DNA of 64,000 nucleotides from Octopus sinensis (Eukaryota): NCBI RefSeq assembly GCF_006345805.1, contig NC_043002.1, positions 73,346,001 to 73,410,000 of the forward strand, read 5' to 3'. Shown piece by piece: positions 26,931 to 39,859 of this stretch (position 1 is its first letter; each line of letters starts with the position of its first letter). The notes under the pieces were generated by a model. It saw only the letters and a program-made list of their open reading frames with translations, ran no database searches and was not told where the DNA came from. The position numbers and the translations under genes were made by a program.

Positions 26931-29900
26931 TGTGTGTGTTTGTGTGTTTGTGAGTGGGTTGTGTGTGAGTGTGTGTGTGTGTTTGTGGGCGTGTGTTTGT
27001 GGGCGTGTGTGTGAGTATGTGAGTGTGTGTGTGTATGAGTATGCGTATGAGTATATGTGTGAGTGTGTGTGTGTGTGTATGTGAGTATGTTTGTGAGTGT
27101 GTGTATTTGTGTGTGTGTGAGTGTGTTGTGTGAGTGTGGATGTGCGTGTTTGTGGATGTGTGTGTTTGTGGATGTGTGTGAGTATGGGTGTGGGTGTGTA
27201 GGTACTTGGGGGTGGGGAGGCGTGTGTTTGTGGGTGTGTGCGTGTGCGCACGTGTGTGATTTTATTGATGGATCATCGAACAGCTTATATAATACCATAT
27301 CACTGACATCACCTCACATATTTTGCTTAACTTCTCACAATTATTGCTCGAAGATTTTTACACACATTCATCTCATTTACACATATTGCAATGCTTCAAG
27401 CAAATTACAATACTCTTTCAACTTTTTCATGTAAGTAGTAATATGTGTTAAGCTTTACCTTTGAATCTATATTACATTGTTAATGAAAGGCGGAGTGTTT
27501 ATTTACCCTGAAGCTATTAATATCATTATTTCCTCATTAAATCGAATGCATAAACAATGAAGTAAGGCTGCAACTGTTATATTTTTGTAGTAACTAATGT
27601 TGATAAGATAATTTATTGTCATGCACATAGGAAGTGAATGACTCTTTTTTACGATTGCTTGAAAATGCCGAAAGGACATAATACTTCATTATTCATTCCT
27701 TTCGTTTTATAACAATTACATTTTCCCTAATACTACAGTGGAGATAACTAAATCTGCCATTTTTTCCCTGACAGTTTAAATGTTCAGAAAAATATTAAAC
27801 TCTTGCATATGCTGCCAATGAACAAAATAAGAAGCAGAATTATTTTTAAATGCTCATGAAAGGATATGTGTTTATTTATTGGGTTGTCAGGAAAGTTCGT
27901 GCCGATTTATAGTAGCTTACCTTTCGACTTATTTTAAAATATGGTTAAGTCCATGAAATAGGATTTGACTACACCTCCATTTAGATCACAGTTTAAGCTA
28001 TTTTTTCGTGGAAGAAGACTTATGTTCTTATGACCCGTGTTGATCTTGTAACCCTTTAAAATGAAAGATAAAAAAGTTCATTTTCGGCACTTGATGCTTT
28101 GGGAGCTTGACAAAAATTGTTGCAGCTCGGTTGGGATGTGTTACCTCACCCTCCATATTCACCAGATATTGCTCCCTCGGATTTCCACTTATTCAGGTCT
28201 CTGAAGAATAGTCTTAATGGTAAAAATTTCAATTCCTTGGATGACATAAAAAGATACCTTGATGAATTCCTTGCCATGAAACCACCTCAATTCTGGGAAG
28301 AGGGTTATTTCAAGTTAAAGGAAAGATGGAGACGCATTGTGCAACAAAATGGTTCATATTTGGTTGATTAAAAATGTAATGGCAAGTATTAATTGACCTT
28401 TTTCTTTCATTTAAAAATAGGCAGAAACTTTCCTGACAACCCAATACATTGTGAATAAAAGAAAAATTAATATTGTTTTAGAGATGTATATACTCTTAAG
28501 CTAAAAGGTGGTACGATAAATTTAGCAACGGTGTATATGGTATGATGATGACTTGATCGACTATGTATTGACTATGTAATTACGTTGTGAAGAAATTATG
28601 GGCGAGGTATTAACAGTGATGGAATTACTGAACACACCATGAGGGATACAGCTAAGAGTAGAAACTGTCAGATATATTGTTCTAATTGTCAAACAATTTG
28701 GCTTCTACGCCAGCGTATCAGCTAAACTCTCTTTTACTCTTTTACTTGTTTCAGTCATGTGACCGTGGCCATGCTGGAGCACCGCCTTTAGTCGAGCAAA
28801 TCGACCCCAGGACTTATTCTTTGTAAGCCTGGTACTTATTCTATCGGTCTTTTTTGCCGAACCGCTGAGTTACGGGGACGTAAACACACCAGCATCGGTT
28901 GTCAAGCGATGTTGGGGGGACAAACACAGACACACAAACATATACACACACATACACAAATATATACATACATATATACGACGGGCTTCTTTCAGTTTCC
29001 GTCTACCAAATCCACTCACAAGGCTTTGGTCGGCCCGAGGCTATAATAGAAAACACTTGCCCAAGGTACCATGCAGTGGGACTGAACCCAAAACCATGTG
29101 GTTGGTAAGCAAGCTACTTACCACACAGCCACTCGTGTAACTGGGAATCATGAAAGGTGATAAACTCCTTATTATTGTTATAAAGTAACACATTTCGTTG
29201 TCATCTTCTAACTGGAAATGGTTAATTTAGACTGAAGGTTTCAATAAGACATTCGTAATTAGATAGTTATCTGCTTGGCGTTATTTATACTATTAATTAC
29301 CAGAATGTTATTTAAATCAATTCATTTGTAAAGAATACCCTTCTTTTATTAATTTAATGAGGTGGTAAGAAGCGCTTTCCCAACCAGGTTCAATCCCACT
29401 GCGTAGCACCTTGGGCAAGCATCTTCTACTATTGCCTCGAATCGACCAAAGCCATACGAGTGAATTTGGTAGACAGAAACTGAAAGAAGCCCGTCGTATA
29501 TATGTTTGTCTGTGTGTGTCTGTGTGTGTGAGTGTGTGTCTGTGTCTGTCTGTCTATCAGTATTTGTCCCCTCACAATCACTTGACAACCGATGTTGGTG
29601 TGTTTACGTCCCTGTAACATAGCGGTTTGGCAAAAAGACTCTGATAGAATAAACACTAGACTCACAAAGAATAAGTCCTGAGGTTGATTTCTACGACTAA
29701 AGACGGTGCTCTAGCATGGCCACAGTCAAATGACTGAAACAAGTAAAAGAATAAAAGAATATATATATATATATACTAGCTGGAGTACCCGGTAATTCCC
29801 GGGGGTAAAGATGGTTCTGTTGAAACGCCTTATTACTCTGATATAAGAAAACAATGTCGTTATAACTGCCACAAAAGGTGTATTTTCTGTTACGAAAAAG

Positions 29901-31851
29901 TACAAAAAGCTGTCAGCTGGAGGAGGGAGAGTTTGTTGGAGGTTGGCGAGAGAGGTTTTCGGAGGTTGGTCAGAGAGCTTTTCGGAGGTTGGCGAGAGAG
30001 GTTATTGGAGGTTGGCAAGAGAGGTCGTCAGTGTTTGAACAAAGTGCAATAATAACGTTCACACTCACTGATGGTCGCTCTCAGTAACTACCTTTAGCTT
30101 ACAGAGTTCTTGTTTTTATAACTATCTAAAAGCAGCCAGAAGGCTAGACATATTGTTGAGAACAAATGATTTCGTTGGAGGTCTATTATCCCCAGTTCAG
30201 CCCCTGGTGGCCTAGAAGAGGTTAGAAGGTCAAGTGACAAAGACATTATTGTGCTTAGCGAAGGCACATGGGAAATGTATAACTGCTATCATTCACAGAA
30301 AAAAAACTATTGTTTTACCGTGAGAAAAGCGCTGTTGAATTGTTAAGTGAAATTTGGCAATCGAGGATCAAATTCACGCTATGCCTGCATGTAGTCACTA
30401 CAAATACATGGTGGAATTAAAAATTTATCTACTGTCATGGAAAAAGTGTAACCGTAAAAATGCAGAATTATCGGAGTGATGGACATTCAAAAAAGTATGT
30501 ATGTATAGAAATGTATGAATGAAATCTTTACGGCTTAAGATTCAAATTAAGGAAGTGCAATAATAATGTTTAACAGTTCAAAACTGTGAATAGTGAAATG
30601 CAGAATTAGGTGAGCTGATCGTGAGAATCAAATATTAATCGCTTCGGTAAAAACTGCAGGTGGTATGGGTTATTTCCCTTGGTTTGTTTAAATAAAATAT
30701 TAGTAATATGTAGTAGATAGAAAGATCCATTGGAAGGGCCCTAATATCGATTTTTTTCACCAATCTAAGTATGTCACAAGGTTTCCAGACATGAGTTCTA
30801 CTCATATGTCAAATAAAGGGATATTATCTGCAAAAATTAGAAATTAAACACACAAAAAAATCAATATTTAAGATAATCGAACATAAACAATGAAATGGGT
30901 TATTGCTCTTGTAGTAGATATATTATATACTTATATTCGTAGTCTGATCAATAAGTATCCGGACTGTTGTCATTGTAACAAAGCTAAAGTAGGAAGAGTG
31001 AAGCTGCTTGACACATATTGACCTTGAACTCTGCTGTGCATGCGCACTAAATTTTAATGTTCTAGCTCTATTCTACAGCTGGCAGCAGTGCTTGGGAGAA
31101 AGGTGTGTAGCGTGTGATCGTCGCATTGACCATAACAAAGGAAGTTGCGTAGAGAATCTGCATCAAATTTTGCCAAAAGCTTGGCAATACCTGCTCAGAG
31201 GCCTACACAAAGTTTTCAAAAAGATTTCATCGTTCTCGACACAATCAAGGAGATCATGTGCAACTGAAACCCGAGTGTCTTCTTGATCAGCTGAAAGCTG
31301 TTAGTGCAGAAACTTAGTAGATACGCGTATCATACCCAAATCTTCAGTGATAATGGACTGAACGAAACCGTAACTAATCTGCACAGTCTCTGATAATTCA
31401 CGAATGGTGACTCGACGATTTCCCCTCACAGCTGCACACACATCTACGATGTTTTTCTCACTTCTGCTGCTTGCGCGTCTCCCAAAACGTTCGTCAATAT
31501 CGACATTTTTCGGCCATCTTGGAAACTCCTGAAACACTCGTACACTTATGTGCGGCTTATACACTCCTCTCCATACACTTTCTTCAACACTGCATAGGTC
31601 TGTAACGAGGTATCGCCATGACAACTTTCTCTGTCAAAGTCAGTGCGATTATCACAAGTTGTACACCCTTCTTACCAAGCACTGCTGTGAACAGCGAAAT
31701 TTAGCTCGAACGTTAAAACTTAGCAGAGCTGAAAGTCAATCTGTGCAGAGCGGCTTTACTCTCCGTGCTTTAGCTTCGCTACTATGGCAATAGTCCAGAT
31801 ACTTATTGATCAGAACTCGTATATAATTCTTTTATAGTAGTAGTAGTAGTG

Positions 31852-31896
<45 letters not shown>

Positions 31897-31971
31897 TTGT
31901 TGTTGTTGGTGGTGGTGGTGGTGGTGGTAGTAGTACTAGTAGTAGTAGTGGTGGTGGTGGTGGTGGTGGTG

Positions 31972-32024
<53 letters not shown>

Positions 32025-35000
32025 TGTAGTAGTAGTTGTAGTATTCACTACGGGAAGGGCTTAGTCAAATAGCTGAAGCTGATAGAGAAGTTGAAGGTGT
32101 GGTAGAGACCATCGGATTAATTTTCAAGGCTAGGAAAGAAAGGCTTTGAGTCAGAGAAACTGGAAAGTATTGATGTCGATATCCAGGTGAGAGAGGTGAG
32201 TGATAAGGAAAGTGGATTTTTCACACATGTAAACCGCATTATGCAAAGCGTCTAGAATATAGATTGTATCCTGGGCAACAGAAATGGAGTGTAGATTAAG
32301 GACGTGAGGTTGTGTTCGAGAGAGGCTTAGGTTGCGTGGTTTCTGTGTTGATAAAAAAATGTGTCGATAGATTTCAGTTTGGACCAAATTTCACAGATCT
32401 TGGCATACCGACTGATTTGCATTATTTATTTCAATTATAATGTTGTTCCGAAAATATTGACCGATTTCAGAAGCATAATTTTATTCTGGAAAAATTAACA
32501 ATAGAACTGTTTTGATTAGTCAAAGTATGAGCCGTGGACATCTATGCATCTCTGCCATCGATCAACGAGATTATTTATGCCTCGTTGATAAAAACTTATT
32601 GGCTTTGATGCTAAGAAATCTTTGAAAGCCGATTCCACCTCTGGTTTGGACCTGAAAGTTTTATCTCTTAAAAACGTGTTTAAATGCTTTAAAAAATGGT
32701 AGTCATTGGGTGAAAGATCAGGAAAATATGGAGGATGTGGTAAAGTCTCGTATCCCAAGTCTGTGAGTTTCTGCAGCTTCATTCTTGCAACATGTAGCTT
32801 TGCATTATCGTGGAGCAGAATTGGGCCACGCCGATTCACCAATGCAGGTGTCATTTTTTTTTGCAAGTAAGCATCCATTTCAGCGAGTTGATTGCAGTAA
32901 ACTTCTGCTGTAATGCTCTGATTGGCTTCCAGGACAACACCAATTGTAGATTGTCACCATAATCTTTTGACGATGCAACTTTGGCTTTGGGAAATGTCTG
33001 GGGGACTCATCACGATCAAGCCATTGACCTGATCGATTATGGTTATAATAAAGGATCCATTTTTCGTCATAAGTGACTATTCGGTCAAGAACATGATCAT
33101 TGGTGTTTTGCAGAAAGAGCATTGAGCACACTTCAAAACGCCGAACTTTTCATTTTCATTGAGCTCATGCGGTACTCATTTATCGAGCTTTTCCAGCAAA
33201 CCAATCTTCTGCAGATTGCGTGAGACCGTTGCAATACCAACACCAAGTGCTTGAGACATTTCTCTGACACTTTGATGTGGGTTTTGTTCAACAATTGCTT
33301 TCAATTGTTCATTGTCAAGGCTGTATGACCGTCCTCAACCTTCTTCGTATTCAAGGCTCTCATCACCACTACGGAATTTCTGAAACCACCTTCGTATTGT
33401 GTGATCACTTGTGGACCCCTCTCCCTATGCTCTGTTAATATTGGGAGGCATTGTTCCCAAGCTTGAACTCATGTAAGAAAAGTAAGCGACGGTCCTTTTT
33501 TTGTCATGCTCATAATTGAGGGCGCCTATGCTTCAAGAATGTTTTCTGTCTGAAATAAGTAGAACATTATTACATCAATTATTAAGTATGTGGAAATTCA
33601 GCTAAAATATAATTTAAATACTATGATAAAATTTGCGTTTCAACCTAATACATGATATTACCTTCTATATGAAAAAGAGGAGTGGTAAATGCAAATGTTG
33701 GCTTTGCTTTGTCGTTAACCATTATTTTGATCATTAAATAAATTACTTGGAAGTTTGTGGTCTGCACTAACTCGGACACCAATGATGAACTGGAGAAAAT
33801 GAAGACACGATATTTTGAACCCGCTAATAGAGTAATCTCCTTGTTGTTATTCTCGAAGCCTGTCTAGCAATGGGCCTTTCACATGCAAACTTTTTTCACC
33901 TGCACATTTTGATAAACAGTGACACTCCACAAGGAAAGGGGTAATGGAAGGGCTGCATGAAGAAGCCATGTCCGGACGCTTAAGACAACTTGAACTCTAA
34001 ATGCACGCACAGGTCAAAAGGTGCTAGTAAACTAAGCGATACAATTAACATCAACAGTTCAGGCAATAGTTATTTTTAATAACTTTCTTTATATTGATTA
34101 GGTGTTGATTGGAACTACCAAATCCATAATCGAAAAACTGATCCAACAAAAGGGTGCTCATAATCTAAAGTTTGAAGATTATGTGGGCGCCATGAAACAA
34201 AACAAGTTTATCCAGATACCTAGTGGTGGTATTATCAGAAGATCGAAATCATTATCGTCTTCGTATAGTGGGATTTCTGATGGGCGAACATTGTCGAATA
34301 CGGTAAGATTCATTTTTAATAAAACTAGAGCAGGAAAATTGTTTTCTTTCTTTGCAGAAAAATGCTAGAAAAAACGTATTTGAAAATTGATTTGTAATCT
34401 TGCATTGCGATAAAAAGGAAATTGAATATTTATATAGACAACACAATTGAAGTTATTTTCTGGAGACATTTTTTATACAATTTATTTAGTAAAAAATTCG
34501 TTGATTCCAGTGAATTTGATTTATAATTAGTTAACCAGTGGAGAAAGAGCTGCTGCCTATGATTTTGAAAACCTTTGCAGTGTTGAATCTAATGTCGTTG
34601 ATGCTCACTGTGGGTCGACGTCAGCGAGAAATCTTATAGGAGTAAAAAATGACAGTTATTTAAAATTCTGGAGAGGAAATATTCAGTAATTTTTTTTTGT
34701 GTGACGTGTCTGAGAGGGAGGGTATTCAGATAGCTAACTTAAGGGACCAGAAGCTACTTTTAATAGTAGTAGAAAAAATAGAAAAAAAATTAACAAATGC
34801 ATTTGCGAACTTGTGGTTAAGATAGTCGTATAGCTTTCGTATTGAAATAATCTACTTTTAAAGGATAAAGTATTAATGAAAACATGTGTTGAAATTTAAA
34901 GAAATCTAAGAGACAAGACTTATAATATCAAGAATGATCTCAGCAAACCTACACATTACAATTAAAATGAGTTTGTTGTTATTGTAAAAATAAAATGATG

Positions 35001-37116
35001 GTGTTGGTATTGATAACTGGAGAATGAAATATAGCCGAATTAGAATGCTGGAAGGTAGGCTATCACCATTATAGAATGTCTTTCGATGGAATCAGAACAC
35101 AGAGAAATGAAGAACTAAGTGACTTTATATAACGGAAACTTCGTTCAAATCTAGCCAAAGGAAATATGTTTTATATGTATGTATAACATTAAAAAAAAAC
35201 ATAGTACACATACACACACGCACATAACCAGAATACGTAGTTTAAAATGTTTTATTAAAACAAATTATTTATTTCAATGCTAATCTATTTTTATTATCAT
35301 TTAGGCGAGGAGAATTGAATCCTGGTATAAGGGAGATTTACTCGGTGACAAAGATGTTTATGAAGCAGCTGAAATCAACTTAGAGGATTTTAAAAATCTT
35401 GTTAGTACTACTGGTGCAGCCATCCGGAGTTTTGAAACCTTTTTTTATGTCAACCAATATATAACTCGTGAAGTAGTAAACTTTGGAATTTTGCGATATC
35501 CTGAACCAAAAAAACCCTATTTTCAGGTATTTTAAAAACTTTCTTTCTAAGATATTCAACGCCCCACCCCAAATGTTTTAAAAAAGAACAAAAATCTTTT
35601 CATTGCTTCATTTTATGATACTAACACTAATTATTATAGGCGTTTCCAATTTGATGTTTCTGATAAACATATAGATCTACACGCTGATTCGAATACCAGA
35701 CCTTTTGATTTTTCTATCGGAAAATTCTTTTTAAACAACTAGCGGAATTTTGACAGATTGAGTAATGACACCAGCAAAAATCTGACCAATGAAACTACGT
35801 AAACGTGTCCCGGATTTTCGAGTGATAGCGTCAATAGATCTGCTCAGTCAGGTTGTTTTTTCTGAAGTATATAAAAAGAGACAAAATTTGAAGAGAAAAG
35901 TCAGAGATTGAGAGGCAGAGAGTTTGGACATCAAGAGCTTAACGATGTCTGTAGTAAAGTGTAATGGCCGGTAAATTCTTACATTCCGCGGAGACTCCAC
36001 AGTTACAACTGTTGAAATGCTGTGTAGTGAAAGAACTGCCTACACTAATAGTAGCACTCTCACAACTTTCACGAAAATAACCTTGCTTCTCATAACGGAC
36101 ATTCTACTACTATACACAGAATTTTCCTACGTTACTTTCTTTTCTTTTTTGGGGACCGTCGCGTCTCATTAAAGCTTTCAACAATAAAATAGATAATGAA
36201 TTGAAAGCGAATGACTACTCTTCTCACTCATTCAGCAATCATCCATCTTACTGTTTAAATACATTTTACAATTATCGTAATCTTAACGAAATCCGATAGG
36301 ACAGATTTCTAAATTTAGAAGTCTCATGGTCTGTTGGGTTATGACTGATAATTTTAGAAGATTCAAGATCAGTAGGCCACAAGCCAAGCAACTATTGCCA
36401 CTGGAAATATTACTTTTACGCGAGGAATAATAGTACTGTAAACTAAAACGAACCACACTTGTTTTAAACCTTAAAATAACACAGGTCAAGGATATTTTAT
36501 CACAAAGGCTGTGAATTTAAATAAATTAATTCTAAATGTATTTTTATTTGAAATGAAATAATAAATTTTAATGAAGTTAAAGGCACGAGAAAGTAAAAAC
36601 AAGCATTTCCCCCCTGACATTCCATAGTCGAAGAAATGTGTTATTTTAAGTAAAATTTAGAAGTAATTTTAGAAGTTTAAAATAGGAAGCTACGCATAAA
36701 GGGATCCATTAGACTTTGTGTATTTTAGTGCTAATATCATTCAGTTGCTTTTCCCAGAAATCTTCCATTTTATATAAGCTTTTTCCTTCTTGAAAATCAT
36801 ATTTTATTGAGATGAAATTTAAATTCACGGTTTGCATAGTTAAACCCCTATGGGTCAAACCCCTATGAAAATAACCTTGCCAGAACACCGCGGTACTCAT
36901 TTTCTTGTGGTTTTTAATTACATGTTTCTGCGGCCATGATGGAACACCGCCTCAAAGGGTTTTAGTCGAACAAATCACCCCCTCCGCCCAGGACTTATTT
37001 TTTAAAGCCTAGTACTTATTCTATCGGTTCTTTTTGCCGAACTGCTACGTTACAGGGACGTAAACACCAACACTGGTTGTCAAACGGGGATGGGGGAGCG
37101 AACACAGAAACACACA

Positions 37117-37166
<50 letters not shown>

Positions 37167-38068
37167 ATATAGATAGATAGATATAGATAGATAGATAGGA
37201 CGGGCTTCTTTCAGTTTCCGTTTACTAAATCCACTCACAAGGCTTTGGTCGGCCCGAGCCAATAGGAGAAGACACTTGTCCAAGGTATCATGCTCTAGGT
37301 CTGAACCTTGAACCATGTGGTTGGGAAGCAGGCTTCTTACCACACAGCCACGCCTGCGTCTTGTTACGTAATTGATTTCCCGAAAATAAATAAATGATTT
37401 ATAGTAGTAAATGACTTGCCGAAATGATCTCAGTTGACTCACTGTAACAAACCATCAATTCTATTCTATTTCGTTCCTACTTAAATATAGAAACACACAG
37501 ACAAGTGTATTGAGGTGACAAATATCCTGTGCCTGAAAATATTATACAATACCACAACCAGTACATTTTGAACCAGAGAGCTGCTCGATAAGGAATAATC
37601 TTGAGGATAGATAACGACAGTGTGAAAATATGATAGAACGCATCAATTGCAAATTATTTTCAAATTATCTGTTGCATTTTGTCGATTTATTCAGATTTTT
37701 CCCCATAAAATCTAAATTCTTGTAGAACGTAATAGTCTTATTTTGCATTCCTCATATAATACTAGCATGGAAAAAGAACAGTTATTCACCTTTTATCAAA
37801 TGAGCGTTGTAGATGTCCTTTTAATTTTGTATTTCACTATATAAATTCTCTGGGGTTTTTATTGATCTTATTCTAGATGTATCGTATCAAGCTGGCTGCG
37901 TACAAACACACCGAACGTATACTATTTATCGAAAACACAAGCAGTGGCATTTCTGGAAAATTTGAAATGTATAAATTTGCTCCAAGTGGAGGCATCATAG
38001 CGGAAATTGATCCCAATTATTTTAATAGGTTTATTACTTCTGCACTGGACTCCCTTGGTCCCTTGTAA
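20358..38068 (+). CDS. Spliced gene, uncharacterised ~285-293 aa protein (candidate Cyt/volvatoxin-like fold); join(20358..20402,24598..24612,24949..25154,34102..34302,35305..35526,37877..38068); 5' end uncertain
   Basis: Six exons with pyrimidine-rich AG acceptors and GT donors, and intron phases 1,1,0,0,0, join into one stop-free frame: SVLRLDEMMKILSA-DVLPG-DVKPQ...NVPFKCGLAPSLGNLTKKVFQDMDRNVQ-VLIGTTK...LSNT-ARRIESWYKG...SFETFFY...GILRYPEPKKPYFQ-MYRIKLAAY...SALDSLGPL*. Two exons are independently supported by a paralog at 47336 and 49860. Confidence 0.85.
21495..21985 (-). mobile_element. Mariner transposase 3' fragment
   Basis: Minus strand reads PADFYLFPEMK and QGNYFEG. Confidence 0.6.
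22030..22440 (-). mobile_element. SINE family B tandem dimer (intronic)
   Basis: Two consecutive copies of the family B body. Confidence 0.85.
24107..24361. mobile_element. hAT (Charlie-type) MITE
   Basis: TIRs TAGCGGTTCTCAGCC / GGTTGAGAAACACTG; degenerate 8-bp TSD ccttaatg/ccttagta. Confidence 0.7.
24598..24612 (+). CDS. 15-nt symmetric micro-exon (DVLPG)
   Basis: (CT)n tract then ctttcag|ATGTTCTCCCTGGAG|gtaaga. Phase 1-1, no stop. Confidence 0.55.
24949..25154 (+). CDS. Internal exon (206 nt)
   Basis: ttctttctcaccaccag|AC...GTACAG|gtaaac; open frame DVKPQSGF...DMDRNVQ; homologous to 47336-47542. Confidence 0.85.
26765..27258. repeat. Compound (GT)/(GAGT) microsatellite
   Basis: Directly visible. 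Confidence 0.95.
27879..28444 (+). mobile_element. Internally deleted mariner (566 bp)
   Basis: TIRs TTGGGTTGTCAGGAAAG / CTTTCCTGACAACCCAA with TA TSDs. N-terminal MKDKKVHFRHL is fused to HPPYSPDIAPSDFHLF. Confidence 0.9.
29776..30918 (-). mobile_element. Non-autonomous Helitron
   Basis: Minus strand starts TCTACTAC and ends with hairpin CCCGG...CCGGG plus CTAG, in an A|T site. A second 5'-like end lies near 30717. Confidence 0.65.
30938..31819. mobile_element. Mariner derivative made of two inverted 5' ends
   Basis: TIR (G)TCTGATCAATAAGTATC(C/T)GGACT at both ends. Both arms carry the same 5' UTR and transposase N-terminus. Confidence 0.8.
31835..32045. repeat. (TAG)n/(TGG)n microsatellite
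   Basis: Directly visible. Confidence 0.95.
32436..33650 (-). mobile_element. Near full-length degraded mariner
   Basis: IVTYDEKWILY, ILLHDNAK and HPPYFPDLSPNDYHF motifs (D,D34D); terminus tattaggttg. Confidence 0.85.
34102..34302 (+). CDS. Internal exon (201 nt)
   Basis: ctttatattgattag|GTG...AATACG|gtaaga; 67 codons VLIGTTKSII...GRTLSNT, phase 0-0. Confidence 0.85.
35305..35526 (+). CDS. Internal exon (222 nt)
   Basis: ttattatcatttag|GCG...TTTCAG|gtattt; 74 codons ARRIESWYKG...PEPKKPYFQ. Missed by the ORF track. Confidence 0.85.
37877..38068 (+). CDS. Terminal coding exon
   Basis: cttattctag|ATGTATCGT...TTG TAA; 63 aa; 27/63 identical without gaps to 49860-50051. Confidence 0.85.
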   Translation: MYRIKLAAYKHTERILFIENTSSGISGKFEMYKFAPSGGIIAEIDPNYFNRFITSALDSLGPL

Positions 38069-38072
38069 TAAA
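38067..38072 (+). promoter_or_regulatory. Candidate polyadenylation signal overlapping the stop codon
   Basis: TAATAAA at the stop; the same arrangement occurs in the paralog at 50050-50055. Confidence 0.4.
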
Positions 38073-38495
38073 TCTATCTATAAAGGACTGCGAGCCGGCA
38101 AGCTGGCAGAATGGTAAGCACGCAGGGCGAAATGCTTAGCGGTATTTCGTCTGTCTTTACGTTTTACGTTTTGAGTTCAAATTCCGCCGAGGTCGACTTT
38201 TCCTTTCATCCTTTCGGCGTCGATTATATAAGTACCAGTTATGCACTGGAGTCGATGTAATAGACTTAATCTCTTTTCCTATCCTTGCTTGTCTCCTCTA
38301 TGTTCAGTCCCATGTGGGCAATAAATAAATAAATAAATTTATCTATAACCGTTTGTGCTGAGTTGTTTTCATTATTATCATCATCACCGTTCTTGTCAAT
38401 TTTGTCCATGTGTTACGCTTACGCCAAGGAAGGTAATAACTCTAATGTAGAAATGTATATGTACAGAGAGGGAGAGAGAGAGAGTGAGAGAGAGA

Positions 38496-38552
<57 letters not shown>

Positions 38553-38599
38553 TCTATATTCTACAATAATGAGTTCAAATAACAGGCATTGTCGAAATA

Positions 38600-39859
38600 T
38601 CTCTTATTATAAAAGGCAGATTTTATCTGCCTCCCTTTGTCACTTATAGAAATCTACAATATAGGATTTCTTCAATTACAATTTACCTAGCATTTTTAAG
38701 AGTAGAATGCATCGGGTCATGCCAGGTCCAGTTTTTAAAATTTAAACTCCAATTAAGCAAAATTTACAGAAAACTCACATTCTGGTGTGTATGTGAAATG
38801 CTTTTCTTAATGTGGTTTACACCACACGCACACGCACACACACAGTGTGCAACGAATAAAGTGAAACTAATTCACTGTCTGTGTGTTGACAGGTAGACAA
38901 TAGAATGCGATGGCGATGGCGATGGCCATGTAATATTTGTTTCTGTCTATCACGCTGATAGATACATGAGTAAAATGTATGGCAAGCTAGGAGATAAGAG
39001 TGAGTGAAAAATGTTCTTGGAAGAGAGTAAATAGCGACAGAGTGATTTGAGGATGACTAAACTGAAAGTATGAAACAGTGTCTATGTATAAACAGACGAC
39101 ACTTATATATAGTTATTAATAAATGTATGCATCCGTTTAACCCTTTCGTTACCAAACCGCCCGAATTTACCTATTCATATTTAAATGAGAATATCAGAGT
39201 AAATCTCTTTAGTACATTCGTGAAAATACGTATTATACTTCGTAAACACTTCAAATACAGTTTTGTACAAAAATCGAAGTGTAATTTTAATTCCGTGAAT
39301 TATGGGAGATTTTTTTCCGAAATTTGTTCCTATTGTGTTTACAAAATTTGTAATTCTGACAAAAAATGGATACGAATTTCATTATATCAAGCAGCGAGTC
39401 AGAATTCGAAGGATTTTCTACTGAAGACCTTCATAAATCTAACTCTATGACTGAAAAAAAAAGCATCTTTATATAAGAGTGAAGTTGTGTGTCTGTCTCC
39501 TACGATTTAGATTCGTAACTACTCCCACATTTTGCGGTGCAGTTTAACCAAAAGCGGGTATCTTATAGTCGTGATTCATATCGAGCCCTTCTGGGTATTA
39601 GCGCGCGTCTACGATGAGTCTACGATTTAAAAAAATTTACCATCATATTTTTCCATTTTAATGCATTTTTTTCGCTTTTATATAAGGGAAGTAACTCTCT
39701 AAAAATATCTACGATGTGTCAACGATTTAAAGAAAAAATTACCTTAATTTTTTTTCAATTTTTAATGCATTTTTTTTCTATTTTTTGGCTATAACTCTCT
39801 AAAAATGCTTATATAGTTATTTCCCTTACAACCCGAGCAACGCCGGGCGATACTGCTAG
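38600..39859 (+). mobile_element. Composite non-autonomous Helitron (5' ends at 38600 and 39466, shared 3' end)
   Basis: A|TC...TATA starts; 3' hairpin cccgagcaacgccggg plus CTAG|T at 39856-39860. Confidence 0.65.
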
